A stretch of DNA of 40,472 nt, taken from contig JAUCBJ010000761.1 of the NCBI GenBank assembly GCA_032718475.1, positions 1 through 40,472 on the forward strand. Direction: 5' to 3'. The DNA comes from Nemertoderma westbladi (lineage: Eukaryota > Animalia > Xenacoelomorpha). Every line of letters starts with the position of its first letter. Within the stretch, counting starts at the first letter, position 1. The position numbers and the translations under genes are program-made. Positions 21,232-32,638 of the stretch are shown piece by piece. The notes under the pieces were generated by a model that worked only from the letters and a program-made list of their open reading frames with translations, did no database searches and was not told the origin of the DNA.

Positions 21232-24200
21232 TTACGGCGTATGCTTTACAATGCCAATACGCACAGAAGCAAGTCCATTTGTGCGTGATATCTTCAACAG
21301 ATATGAGTCCGCTGTATTAATAGCACATGGCAACGACACCTCAAACTCATGTTCAAATAGTTTAGCATCGTATTTGGCTTTCTTCAAGCGTTTCACATAC
21401 CAAATAACTTTGTAAGCACTCACAAGTTCCAGAATTAATTTCGCTTCGCTATTACATGGGAATGGCACTACAGGCAAACCGATATCCACAGTAACATACC
21501 CTGATGACTGTTTGACTTCGCCGACACTCCAACCTGAACGTTCTGTTCGCTTTGGGAGATATAACTCGCGTTCTATCAGCACTGGATTCTTCATTTCTGA
21601 TAGAGACTTGAGGAAGGGCGTTATTGTTATAGAATTGACACAAGTTGACTCACCGAGAGCAAACAACTCACCACTCCGGCTGTAAGAACACAAACTTACA
21701 TAGTTACCAGAACTAGAGAAGCCGTCAACAAGAGACTGAAGTAGCATGTAAGATACTCGATAGCTGGAACGACAAAACGCGAATGAATCTATTATTTGCA
21801 TGATCTGGGGCTTATCTACCACAAAACCACATTGAAGAGATTTCTTGGATATCACCAAACATAGTGCTTCACCATCCTTCTGCTTCAGACGATAAAAGCT
21901 AACATCAACTACAAATGAAAACACTGAAAAAAGTGAATTAACTTCTGTTTGGTACCATTCCTGCAGCATCACCTTGATGGATGTTCTTATTTCCCAATCA
22001 TGGAGACTCGCTTCTGATGACATACAAACCAGTTGTGACATCAATGAGTTAGCTAAGTTCGGGTGACTTAGTGCTATAAGATGCACAAGTGTAACAGCTC
22101 CATTGTAGTCTAAGCCAGCTCGCTGACGTAAAATCCCTTTATTACCAGACTTTCCTCGCAATAGCCCGCAATGGATTTTTGCCGCACATAACAGATCTAT
22201 CAACAGCATTGTATCAGTCATCCATGCATTACTATTCCTATCAACGTCACCGGTCTCTATTATCGCAGACTTGCTCCATTTCCACTGCATAAATAATGTA
22301 CGATTTCCAACCTCCCCACCAAGTCTCTTTGACGCCATAAACAGACCCAGCAGCTCCTCATATTTAGCTAAAGGCCAACCAAGTACCATATCCAGAAACC
22401 TCAGTGGTTCATCTACAGCAACTGCTTCCCACTGCATGCTTTGTATATTTATATATGCATGTTTAACTGGTTTAAGCGCCATAGAACATGCCTGCAATAC
22501 ACAGGGTAAAGATACATAGTCAGAGACATTAGAGCAGTCAATAACATCATAGATGTGTTCTTTTCGTGAAAGGTGTTCCAAAACATCTCCATGCACAATA
22601 TCAATTGTAATGCGGGGTGATAGAACAAGTGCATCTCTAACTGCTGCAATCTGCTCGGCCACTGTTGCACACAAGAGTGAATATATACTGGTTGTGGGGT
22701 TGGACACAGTTGGAACGGATTTTAACTCAATAGCCCGGTACACAGATGATGACCAGTACAAACTGTACCTCATATCTGGCGCTCGCAACAGAGTCGGATT
22801 AATTTGACAATATAACGGCCCCTCGACTAATGAACCACTAGAGATGTAGTTTCTTACTTCCTGCTCATATCTGCCACCTTTCATCCTAATTGGCAGATTC
22901 TTCATTGTCAAAATAACACTTGTATCCTTAACTTCTTCAATTATGGATGCCGATCTCATCTGTTTAATCACCTTCAACTCAACAGTAGACGATGCCCAAG
23001 CCAGAAGACATGTGCGAAAGTTTTCAATAGTATCATTGTCACACTGAAGGAAAGATAGCCATATTGGGAATTCCTTGCAGTCAAGCAACCTGTGACACAC
23101 ATTATCAACAAGATCACGTTGAGCATCAGAAAGTGCATGGTTTGCCCAAACTGCAAGAACATCAACAGCTGTGGCACCACTGGCAATTAGCTCCAGAATC
23201 ACAATATTGCGTGCTAAGATACTCATTGACTTGTCATTTAATACAAAGGAAATATGTTGCTTGGATTGACTACTCTGTTCCACTGTTTTGAGCAAATTTC
23301 GGAGGTCACCACATGCACCCAAAAGCACAGAGACAACTCCACTAATATCATGGTCAGATGTTAGCCTATCATCCAACAGATTGTATCCAAATGTATTTCC
23401 AATGGCATAGTACTGGTACTCAGTTTCACCATTATCCAATACTACACGGTTCATATGCACCATGTCAAAGTTACTGGTGGTGCTGTTTCCGGCAAAATTT
23501 GTGGAGGTCTGCAAGGGGGCCGTTTCTGCAAGTTCAGATAACTGTGGCATTTGGTTAGATTTGGAGAACCATCTTGTACCTCTTTCGTCAAGAGGTCGCG
23601 ACCACCATCCAAGCATTGAGAAATGTTGTTTGGTGGCTCCAAAAGATTGTAAATTCTTATTATCCACAAAGTACTCTTCCAAAATTGCCTTGGATTTCTT
23701 CTTACCTGCAAAGCAATTTTCCATGAGTTGGACAAGTCCACCATAGTTGATTCCAACATGAACTCCTTCATATGATCCATATATAATTCTGCTGGATGTT
23801 AATGACAAGTTTGTCTGACCTTTGGCAAAGATTGCATATGGAGAATTATTTTTCAGCTCACAATTGTAAACACATACTTGTGCTCCATCATCCAATGACA
23901 AACCGTACATCCCATTGTTAGATATTGTTGATCTTACAATTACAACATCCAAATCAATTCCAGCAGTTGCTCCCCACGCATCTGCTTCCATTGCCACCTC
24001 ATTGCGACCTGTCGGAAATGGGTCTACAACTTCCATTTGTGCTCGGGTCTCTGCCTTTTTCTTTGCACCACTTGCTAGTATACCTTCTCTAGAACAGTCA
24101 TTAATACTCACATCATGAATACCAACATGCCGTGCACCACCGTAAGCACATATGCCCTGCATGCAATTAGATATGGTCGAATCAAATATTTCAACTGAAC

Positions 24201-25047
24201 CTCCCTGCCGAACTTCAACTGCTTGTTTCAATGTCTTCTGGATAGAACATCGCTTCAATTGGGCATATCCACCATGCACAAGAATACCAACTTCTCCATA
24301 ATCATGAAGAGTGCAATCCTCAAGCAATAGTTTCCCCGAGGATTCTGACACGCATACAGCACTGTGGCTAGGACTCCCACCCATACCTGTATATTTGAAT
24401 GTAATATTACGTAGATGGACTGAGCCCTGCACTAAATTCAGTGCATGGGAATAACCTGCCCCAATAATTACATTCGGACTAAGACCTAGAATGGTAATGT
24501 CGCGGGTCAATGGCAATGGAAGGTTGTAGCTACCGGTATGCACAACAGCAATAGCACCATTGCATTTAACTGCTGGTAAAAAATCTGTTGAGGACTTAAT
24601 AGCAAAAACTGTCTTATGAGCATCTTTGGTTGTCATCTCCTTAAACATCTCCCGAGCAACACAAGTGCTGCCGCTTTGTTGAGGAGTAAGGGCAACTGCC
24701 TTTGAAATGGCTATTTCTGCCTCCTTATGCCAGTTAAGGTCCTTAATGTTTCTGAGACACACTGCAAGATGATAATATGCTTTTCCATGCAAAGGAGAAT
24801 TACAAATAGCCTGACGACAATCCTCGGCTGCTTCATTGAATTTTTCAACCTTTATTCGGCTCATAGCCCGATTTGTTAGCAACACAGGTAATTTCTGAGA
24901 AGCAGTTAATGACTGTGGATTATTGTAGAGGCCATCAATCGCTGTTGTATACAATTCAATAGCCTTATCGTACTCTTCGTTCCGGAATGCATCATTGGCT
25001 CTTTGTTTCAATGCATCAGAGCCAACTTCATCAATATCTAAGCCCAT
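21232..25047 (-). CDS. 1271-aa protein: N-terminal TPRs, right-handed beta-helix, DUF4470 / SAM-methyltransferase-like domain; single-exon CDS
   Basis: TPRs (LKQRANDAFRNEEYDKAIELYT; LLTNRAMSRIK; GKAYYH). Beta-helix repeats (CTLHDYGEVGILV, STISNCMQGICA, STISNNGMYGLSL). DUF4470 signature (YYAIGNT...VLLGACGDLRNLLKT...NDKSMSILARNIVIL) and YDVIDCSNVSDY. Uninterrupted 3.8-kb frame. Confidence 0.85.
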   Translation of the reverse strand: MGLDIDEVGSDALKQRANDAFRNEEYDKAIELYTTAIDGLYNNPQSLTASQKLPVLLTNRAMSRIKVEKFNEAAEDCRQAICNSPLHGKAYYHLAVCLRNIKDLNWHKEAEIAISKAVALTPQQSGSTCVAREMFKEMTTKDAHKTVFAIKSSTDFLPAVKCNGAIAVVHTGSYNLPLPLTRDITILGLSPNVIIGAGYSHALNLVQGSVHLRNITFKYTGMGGSPSHSAVCVSESSGKLLLEDCTLHDYGEVGILVHGGYAQLKRCSIQKTLKQAVEVRQGGSVEIFDSTISNCMQGICAYGGARHVGIHDVSINDCSREGILASGAKKKAETRAQMEVVDPFPTGRNEVAMEADAWGATAGIDLDVVIVRSTISNNGMYGLSLDDGAQVCVYNCELKNNSPYAIFAKGQTNLSLTSSRIIYGSYEGVHVGINYGGLVQLMENCFAGKKKSKAILEEYFVDNKNLQSFGATKQHFSMLGWWSRPLDERGTRWFSKSNQMPQLSELAETAPLQTSTNFAGNSTTSNFDMVHMNRVVLDNGETEYQYYAIGNTFGYNLLDDRLTSDHDISGVVSVLLGACGDLRNLLKTVEQSSQSKQHISFVLNDKSMSILARNIVILELIASGATAVDVLAVWANHALSDAQRDLVDNVCHRLLDCKEFPIWLSFLQCDNDTIENFRTCLLAWASSTVELKVIKQMRSASIIEEVKDTSVILTMKNLPIRMKGGRYEQEVRNYISSGSLVEGPLYCQINPTLLRAPDMRYSLYWSSSVYRAIELKSVPTVSNPTTSIYSLLCATVAEQIAAVRDALVLSPRITIDIVHGDVLEHLSRKEHIYDVIDCSNVSDYVSLPCVLQACSMALKPVKHAYINIQSMQWEAVAVDEPLRFLDMVLGWPLAKYEELLGLFMASKRLGGEVGNRTLFMQWKWSKSAIIETGDVDRNSNAWMTDTMLLIDLLCAAKIHCGLLRGKSGNKGILRQRAGLDYNGAVTLVHLIALSHPNLANSLMSQLVCMSSEASLHDWEIRTSIKVMLQEWYQTEVNSLFSVFSFVVDVSFYRLKQKDGEALCLVISKKSLQCGFVVDKPQIMQIIDSFAFCRSSYRVSYMLLQSLVDGFSSSGNYVSLCSYSRSGELFALGESTCVNSITITPFLKSLSEMKNPVLIERELYLPKRTERSGWSVGEVKQSSGYVTVDIGLPVVPFPCNSEAKLILELVSAYKVIWYVKRLKKAKYDAKLFEHEFEVSLPCAINTADSYLLKISRTNGLASVRIGIVKHTP

Positions 25048-25200
25048 AACTTAAACTTCTGAAAAATAATTCGTATAAATTAATCGCAATAGTTTTAATT
25101 TACTTATGTATAGTACTGTATGTATATTAATAATTATTTCGTGGAACACAATTTGTTTTGTCAGGAACATAAATTTTTTAACATGGTATATCATTTACTA

Positions 25201-28200
25201 CTACTACTACTACTAAGTCGAGTGAACTCGGACAGTGGAAATGAGATCCTTCCAGGCATTCCGATTCTCCATAGTTGTCGCAAATTCGTTTCTCCCAAGT
25301 TCAGTATCCCTTTCAAGTTGATCTATATATGTTATGGCCGGTCGTCCACGACTATGCTGGCTCCATGAATTGGTTGCCAGAAAAGTAGATCTGGTATGAC
25401 CTCGTCTTTACTTCACCAGCAGTGCCCACTGAATCTTAAACAGCGTTCACGGAGGGTGGTTGATACAGGTGGTATTGTACCATAAAGCTCGGCATTTGTC
25501 ATGTGTTGTCACTGGCTTTAGGGCTGCCCTTAGTAGTCTTGTGTAGCAACCCCATCAATTCGTTGTTCAAGTGATTTACTCAGTGTCCAGATCTCACCCC
25601 CATATAAAAATACACTTTCCACTATGGCTCGAAAGAACTTAGTCTTCAGGTGCCTGGAGAGATCTGATTTCCAGATGGTTTCCATTTTTGATAGAGCTAC
25701 CCAAGCCTTTGCTTTCCTAACTTCTATGTCCTTTTTGCTACTCTCTATCCATGATCCTAGGTACTGGAAGTCGTCAACCTTCCTTAGTTGATTATTATCA
25801 ATGGTTGTCAAGTTTCCATCAACATTAAAAGTCATAATTCGGTCTTGGTAGCATTTATATGCAATCCAACCTCCTTAGCAGCCCTCTCGACTTTATTTAG
25901 TAGAAGCTGTGCATCTGCTAGCGTATTAGAGAGCAGGGCAATGTCATGCGCGAAGTCGGTATCTGTGACTGTAGTTGCCGGATATCTACTACTTCTGCAT
26001 TCTTGAAATGTTAATCCCAGATCTTCACCCTTTGTGGCCATCCTTATTGCACAATCCAGTACAATTATAAATAGTAATGGTGCTAATGTGTCACCTTGCA
26101 GTACGCCATCCAGGATTGAAAAAAACTCAGTTTCACCATCTGGTGAGAGTACCTGTGCTTCTGTGTCACAATATAACAATCCAATGCCAGCAATGATTAC
26201 TTCTGGTATTCCATAAGCTCTTAGGATTTCAAGGATTTTACCTCTATGGATGGAGTCGAATGCCTTCTTGAAGTCCACAAAAGTCATGACTGCAGGGAGA
26301 TTCTTTCACTTAATTCCTTCAATCAGTCTCCGTAGTGCAAGTATCTGAGCTATTGTTGATTTACTTGATCGAAATCCGTTTTGGCTCTTACGCAGTAGTT
26401 TCTCTATGTGAGGCCTAATCCTATATAGAATAATTTTATTGTATATTTTGGCAGCTACCACAAGCAGACATATCCCACAATAGTTTGTTGGTATACCGAG
26501 TAGTGTTGAGAACTGTAACTGTAATTATACTGTAACTGCAACTGTAACTGAATGGTTTTGATGTTTTTTTTGATACTGTAACTATAACTGTAACTGTAAT
26601 TACGAATTTTGAATACTGTAACTGTAACTGAAACTGTAATTAGGAAATTTGAATACTGTAACTGTAACTGAAACTGAAATTACTAAAAATCGATTCAGTT
26701 CTCAACCACACAACTAACATGAATGAGCACTTGAAACAGTATTGTAATAGTTTAATAAATTAATAACAGTGGTCGATATGGGTATCATTTTTAAAACATT
26801 TTTGTATTTTTATTTATTATTATCGTTTTGAACCTTGATAGTTGTCAAGTGGCCCAAAGACCCATTGCACACTTATCTCAACTGTGATTTATCGAGTAAT
26901 GAACGAAGATCTAGCCTAGCATATACTGTATTTATAATTAGTCAGAGGTTTATCTATCTCAACTATTAGACTACATATCAGCCTTATCAGCACTCTTTGC
27001 TTCCTAAATATCGCATATTAAATGTAAATGTTTTAGATAAACAAAAATATAGTTAATGGTAATGGTCGGTAGAGGGATATAACGGATATATAATTTACAT
27101 TATAAATTATTAATGTTACTGGTAATATTAATATCACAGGGGATATCACACTAGAGGTACACTGGAAATTAAATTTTTATCAAGTTTACCATTATAAATT
27201 ACAAAATTACAATTAAACTTAAAAAGTGAAAGGAGTAGCTTAACGAGGTGAGTCTAATCAAAACTACAAATATATGCTTACTACAACAAATTATAAATTA
27301 CGGAAAATGATGAGCAGGTTTCAGAAGCATGCCCTTTATAACCAAAACAATAAAAAAAAGTAGCGAAAAAAAATATTACGCTATTACGTTACGGTTTACG
27401 GTAAAAATATACAGTAATATTACGTTACGGTATTGAAAAAGCTATTACGTTACGGTTTACGTTACGGAAAAATATTGAGCTACGCTATTTCTGAAAAGAT
27501 ACCGTAACGTAACGTAATGACATCCTTGCTCATTGGGTGAATGACTGCACTGTACCCCGCCCCAATGAGACTGAAATTATTTCAATGATTGCTTACTATG
27601 TGGGATAATATATTGAAACTATAACTGAAACTGTAACATAAATTTTATCGCGATCAAAACTGAAACTGAAACTGAAATGCTCAATTTTGTAATACTGAAA
27701 CTGTAACTGTAACTGAAACGTTACACTTTGTAATACTGAAACTGTAACTGTAACTGAAATGTTACACTTTGTAATACTGAAACTGTAACTGTAACTGAAA
27801 TGCAAAACTTTGAATACTGAAACTGTAACTGTAACTGAAATTAGTTAAAATTGATTCAGTTCTCAACACTAATACCGAGGTCTCCTTTTTTGGGGAGAGG
27901 CTTTAGTTGACCTTTAGTCCAAATTGGTGGAGGCTTTTCCCCTTTTAACATCCGGTTGCAAACATTCAATAATGGTCTGTTTAGCACTCCTGTTTTCCAT
28001 ACCTCCGCTGGGATTTCATCTAATCCACTTGCTTTATTATTGGACATGCTTTTAATGCTTCTTTGGAGTTCGGCAGGTGTGAAGTCCCCTGTCTCTATAG
28101 GTAGTGTCTTGTCATATATTTTCCTTGTAGGGCTGACCTCGATGTTTGGTGGCTGCCCAAGCAAGTTGCTGAAGTGATTTTTCCACTTCCCCACACGTTA

Positions 28201-30157
28201 TTCGGGACTATTGGCTTTGAGGCGCCCCTTCTCACAACTTTTCCGACCAGATACCTCATTCACAGTTTACCAGGTAAGTCTTGATATGTTGCTGTATGTG
28301 AGCAGTTGTAATTGCTTCAATTTTATCCTGTATGTACTTTTCCTGGCTGATGTTGTAGGCCAATTTAAGATCATCCTTAGCTTTCTCAACCTTGTTAATG
28401 TTTTCGGTTGTTGGTTGTTCGGTTTTTACTTTGTATGCTATCTTAAGATCTTCTCTCTTACAAGTAACCTCAGAGTTTTGCCATGGCACATACTGTTTTC
28501 GTTTGGGTTTCTGGGGGATACGCCTCTTAGCTGATTCCTTGTGGTCTTTTATTATATTCTGGTATATTGAATCAGGTGAAATCAAGGTATATTGACTGGT
28601 CTTCATCCATTGATTGAAGTGCTTCAAAGCGGTTTTGAACTTCTACTGTGTAAGCATCCTTTACTGCATTGTCAGTTCTGAGTTTCTCCCAGTCATAGTT
28701 GATTTGCTTGCTTGTCCTGCGTTTGCTGGCTCTCAAACTGAGTCTGATCTCTGCAGTCACAATTCTGTGGTCCGAACCAATTAGGTTTAACAAGCTGTAT
28801 GCCTCGCAGTTGATCATGCTGTTTCTCCATTTTTTGTTTAAAGGATGTAATCCAGTTGTGCTTTGGTTCCATTAGGGTATTGATATTGAAAGGTCCATAG
28901 CTTCCCCTTACTCTTTTCGAATGTGGTGTTTGTTGCTATCAATTCACATTCTTCCATTAGGTCTAAAAGTAAGTACCCATTTCTATTAGAACTGGTGTTA
29001 TATGTATAACCCTTGATGTCTTTTGGGCCAATTTGAGCATTCAGGTCAACAACAATGACTTTAACATTGTGTTTCGGAATGTCCTTTATAAGTCCAGTCA
29101 GATCTTCATAAAACTTGACTGCTTGTTCTGGCTCTGAGGCATTGGTTGGACTGTAGCAACATATTACTGTTGTCTTGGGATTCCCCTCAAATGTAGCGAT
29201 CATAACCCTGGAATTTATAGATTCGATGTTGTTTAGTAATATAATTCCATATAATATATATAATAATAATCCCATAATGGATGGACTTAGCAGAATTCCT
29301 ACTCCTCCAATTGATGCATTGGCCGAGTTTCTTACTGCTGAGCTTGTTACTAACGTCCATCCATTTCCAATGTCATTGTACTTCATGGCAGTGTCTTCAT
29401 GACAAATCTGATGTTCTTGGATGCAGATGATGTCAATGTTATATTCCATTGCTAGAGTGACCATGTCACCCTGTTTGTTATGTGCTTTCAGCGTGCATGC
29501 GTTCATTGTAGCAATCTTTAGTGTCTTTTTACATTTCAGCAGGTTGGTTCTTCTTTTTTCTCTGTCTTCTGTTCCAGTAGCCGATTTATCGACCCCAGCC
29601 TGGTGTACCACTGAGGGACGCGGTCCTTGTTGACCCGGGTGACGACTGAGCCGGTATTTCCCCTGGAGGGTTCTCATGCTCATATCTTTCAGTTGCGAGA
29701 GTAAACCGCTTGTGGTTGCAACTCCTACAAGCGTATTCGCAGTAGGTCGCCGTTGGTTGATTACCTTCCGCCGATCTTGTCAGCATGTCTAGCCGTTGGT
29801 TGATTACCTTCTGCCTATACATGGCCTACAGCCTTGCTGCCGACTGTAGGGGTCCCTTTGTTACACCCTGAACCAAGTGTGCCTCCTGGGTTAGGTTACC
29901 TAACACTGGTAGAGGAGCATCCAGTATAGACAGTGTGGGGCGTGTATCATCTCTGTTGCAGATGCGTGCATACTCAAGCCTTTGCCTTCATTGGTGCCCT
30001 AGGCGCTATAGCCCTCAATGACTTATTTAGTTGACGGGGCTTACCAACCCACTCTTGATCAACTAAATAATGAATAGGGTAAGTGCTTATCAGGCCTGCC
30101 CTACTGGGCTGACAGCTACAGGTAGTACCACATTACTGCCATAGTAGGAACTGACTG
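25201..30157 (-). mobile_element. Full-length, decayed RTE-clade non-LTR retrotransposon (APE endonuclease + RT)
   Basis: APE motifs (IATMN, ICIQEH, CYSPT, DLNA, QLDYIL, GSDH) and RT motifs (FVDFKKAFDS, GVLQGDTLAP, DFAHD, FQYLGS). (TAG)n tail at 25201-25214; 11-bp TSD ATCATTTACTA at 25190-25200 and 30158-30168. Multiple stops and frameshifts. Confidence 0.93.
26501..27871. mobile_element. Non-autonomous hAT-type element with (ACTGTA/ACTGAA)n arrays, inserted in the RTE RT gene
   Basis: Perfect 15-bp TIRs TAGTGTTGAGAACTG / CAGTTCTCAACACTA and 8-bp TSD ATACCGAG (26493-26500, 27872-27879). Removing it restores KKGDLGIPTNYCGI. Confidence 0.93.
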
Positions 30158-31075
30158 ATCATTTACTAACAAAATTTAATGATTCTGGCAGTAGAAGGTT
30201 ATTCTAACCAAAACAATAAAAGAGAGTCACGAACTTAGGTTACATTTTCATATTTCCCATTCTCGGTAGTGGTTATCGGCTGTCGTCGGCGTAGCGTTTA
30301 CACCCCGGATTGTATGCTACTAACAAATGTTCAGAATCCTGATTATGGATTAGGGTAAACAATCAACGGAGTGGCAATAGCAGTATGGAATTGCGTTAGA
30401 TTTCTTCGTTAAACAGCCTTGCAGTTCCAGTTCAGATCAAACCTTGGCTGACAGCTTGACATCCGTCTATCGCATAGCATCCGTCATTTGATTGAATTAA
30501 CGTTGCAATAGAGTGTGCATTATAGGCAAGGCAAGTTAATACTGTAATATAAAGAATAGAACAACTAATACTGTAATATAGTAGTATTATAGTATAGGCC
30601 TAGAAGTGCAGTATAGTACTGTAGCTGCAGTAGGCCTAATGCAGTAGTGCTATGGTTATAAATGGCAGAATATGGAATAGTTGTAGGCCTACATCAGTTC
30701 ATCCAATGAAAACTGAAAAGCGAAAAATGAAACATTCAATTTCCATTTTAATCAAATGAGGAGGCGTTAAAACATCTTAATTTCAAGCAGCCACTGATTG
30801 GCCAGCCAAATGGCCTACCAATCATATAGCGCTTGAATTAGGTGCTTTTAACAGCAATAAGTATGCCATTAGAGATTGCTAATTTCAAGTGGATGATGAA
30901 GATGTTGGCGGGAGGTTTAAAAATAATTGACTGACATTCATGTGAGATACCTTCTTTATATAAGGAGAGCAGTGTTGGCAAGTGTAGCAGGTACCTTTAT
31001 GTTTTATGTTCCGGCTCCCTGTTCCTTTAGATAAAAACTTCCCAACCCGATGGCATCTATTCCCCCCTCCACTTA

Positions 31076-31270
31076 TTATACGACGTAAAGGACGAAGATT
31101 GAAGAAGTAGCCTCCTCAAATACACTTTTCCAAGTATCGAAACCGGAATTCGAGGATAATGATCTTACGGAAACTTGAGGATCAGCTTTATGTTTCTTTC
31201 TGATATGATCCCCCAAAGAATTTATGTTTTTAAAAAGTTTTCCAGGAGAATAGTTGCATTGATACGCCAT
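31076..31270 (-). pseudogene. Remnant C2H2-like zinc finger, probably the N-terminus of a decayed transposase (MULE/SWIM-type)
   Basis: YQCNYSPGKLFKNINSLGDHIRKKH...FDTWKSVFEEATSSIFV. Second Cys is lost and the frame is truncated. Confidence 0.35.
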
Positions 31271-32134
31271 AATATTCCTATAAGGTATATACTGGCAGTT
31301 CATTTGGAATTGTTTTATTGGCATCAAAATATGAAAACAATGCGAAAGTAAATGTGTGGTATGGAGTATAGACAAACACCGATCCAGAAGAAACAAATTT
31401 GCACTTAATTTAAGACGAACTTGCACATGAGATTACTAGTTCGAGTGTTATACTAAAATATAAGTGAAATATGATGTTGGGGATAGCCCAAGAGACAATG
31501 TCTCGTTTCCATGGGCGTCCCCTGGAAATACAGTAGTTTAAAATTAAATGAAAGAACATACATTAAAATATCACGCGGATTATAAAATATTTTACTTAAA
31601 ATTCCAACAAAATAAAGATTTAATAAAATGAGTTAAATAAAAGGTCTTACTGTACATTAAAAGTATAAAGATTTAATAAAAAGAGTTGGTATAAAATAAG
31701 CGTATAATATATATAATATAAATAAATAAATAGAAATCGGCAAAGAGGCAGATATTTTGGCGACACACGTAATTTTGGATTGTTTAAAATATATTAAAAT
31801 AATTACACGGATTGAAGCATTAAAACATGACGGACATTATGGTGGACAGTATAGGTGGACAAATTCGTATGTAAATAAAAGGCCACTTAAGTATTATGTA
31901 CATGTGTATAGTCATTATGTAAAAGAAAATAAAAATAAAAAGAGGGCACTTTTGATATGAAAAAAAAAGAAATAATTTAAAAAATAATGTAAAGATGTAA
32001 TTTAAATTAGAATAAAATATAGAGTTAGGTAGTTGATGATTAGTACGTAAAATAAGTAAAAAAGGAGGAATCGACAGTTTTTATTGGATATTATTAATGG
32101 TGACTAACGATATTATTAATGGTGACTATTTTTA

Positions 32135-32420
32135 CTAAAGTATTTGGCCCGATTCGTTGTTAACTAGCTGTTCTAGGAAGTACTCTTTGAATGTGTGTTT
32201 GAAGGTTTCGACACCTTTGATTTCCTTGAATACATTCGGTAGTTTATTTCATAGACGTGGTCCTGAGTATGAGAAAGCATGTGACCCCGATACCGTTCGA
32301 TTTTGATGGATTTGCGTGTGGTAAGTTGGGTTACGCAGGTGGTGAGAGGGCTTGCGCAGATAGATAGGTGCTGAGTGGTGCCGAATGTTGTGCATCTGTG
32401 TTATTTTTTTGGTGGGTCCG
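32135..32420 (-). mobile_element. CR1/L2-type LINE ORF2 C-terminal fragment
   Basis: GSHAFSYSGPRL*NKLPNVFKEIKGVETFKHTFKEYF matches the G..SFSY.GP.LWN.LP....FK..LK terminal pattern. Confidence 0.65.
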
Positions 32421-32638
32421 CTCGGTAGTCGGCAACCAGTTTGTCAAAGTTCCTTTCCACTCTCTAGATTGAAAAGGCCCCAAAAACGGCACTTTTGGGG
32501 CCTTTTTGTCTTTGTGTATAAAATGGCCCCAGCTCAATTTCAGTCAAAATTGCTTGTTAGCATTGGATGCATCCATGAATTGAACCGATTTACAAAATTT
32601 GAAATTGTTAAATAAATAGCCATTTTGTAGATGACCCC

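Noticed and set aside
22271-24118. Short + and alternate-frame ORFs inside the 1271-aa gene
   Set aside because: Overlap shadows without recognisable motifs.
32306-32326. ATG GAT TTG CGT GTG|GTAAGT as annexin first exon
   Set aside because: Phase fits, but it lies antisense within a CR1/L2 remnant and has no independent support.
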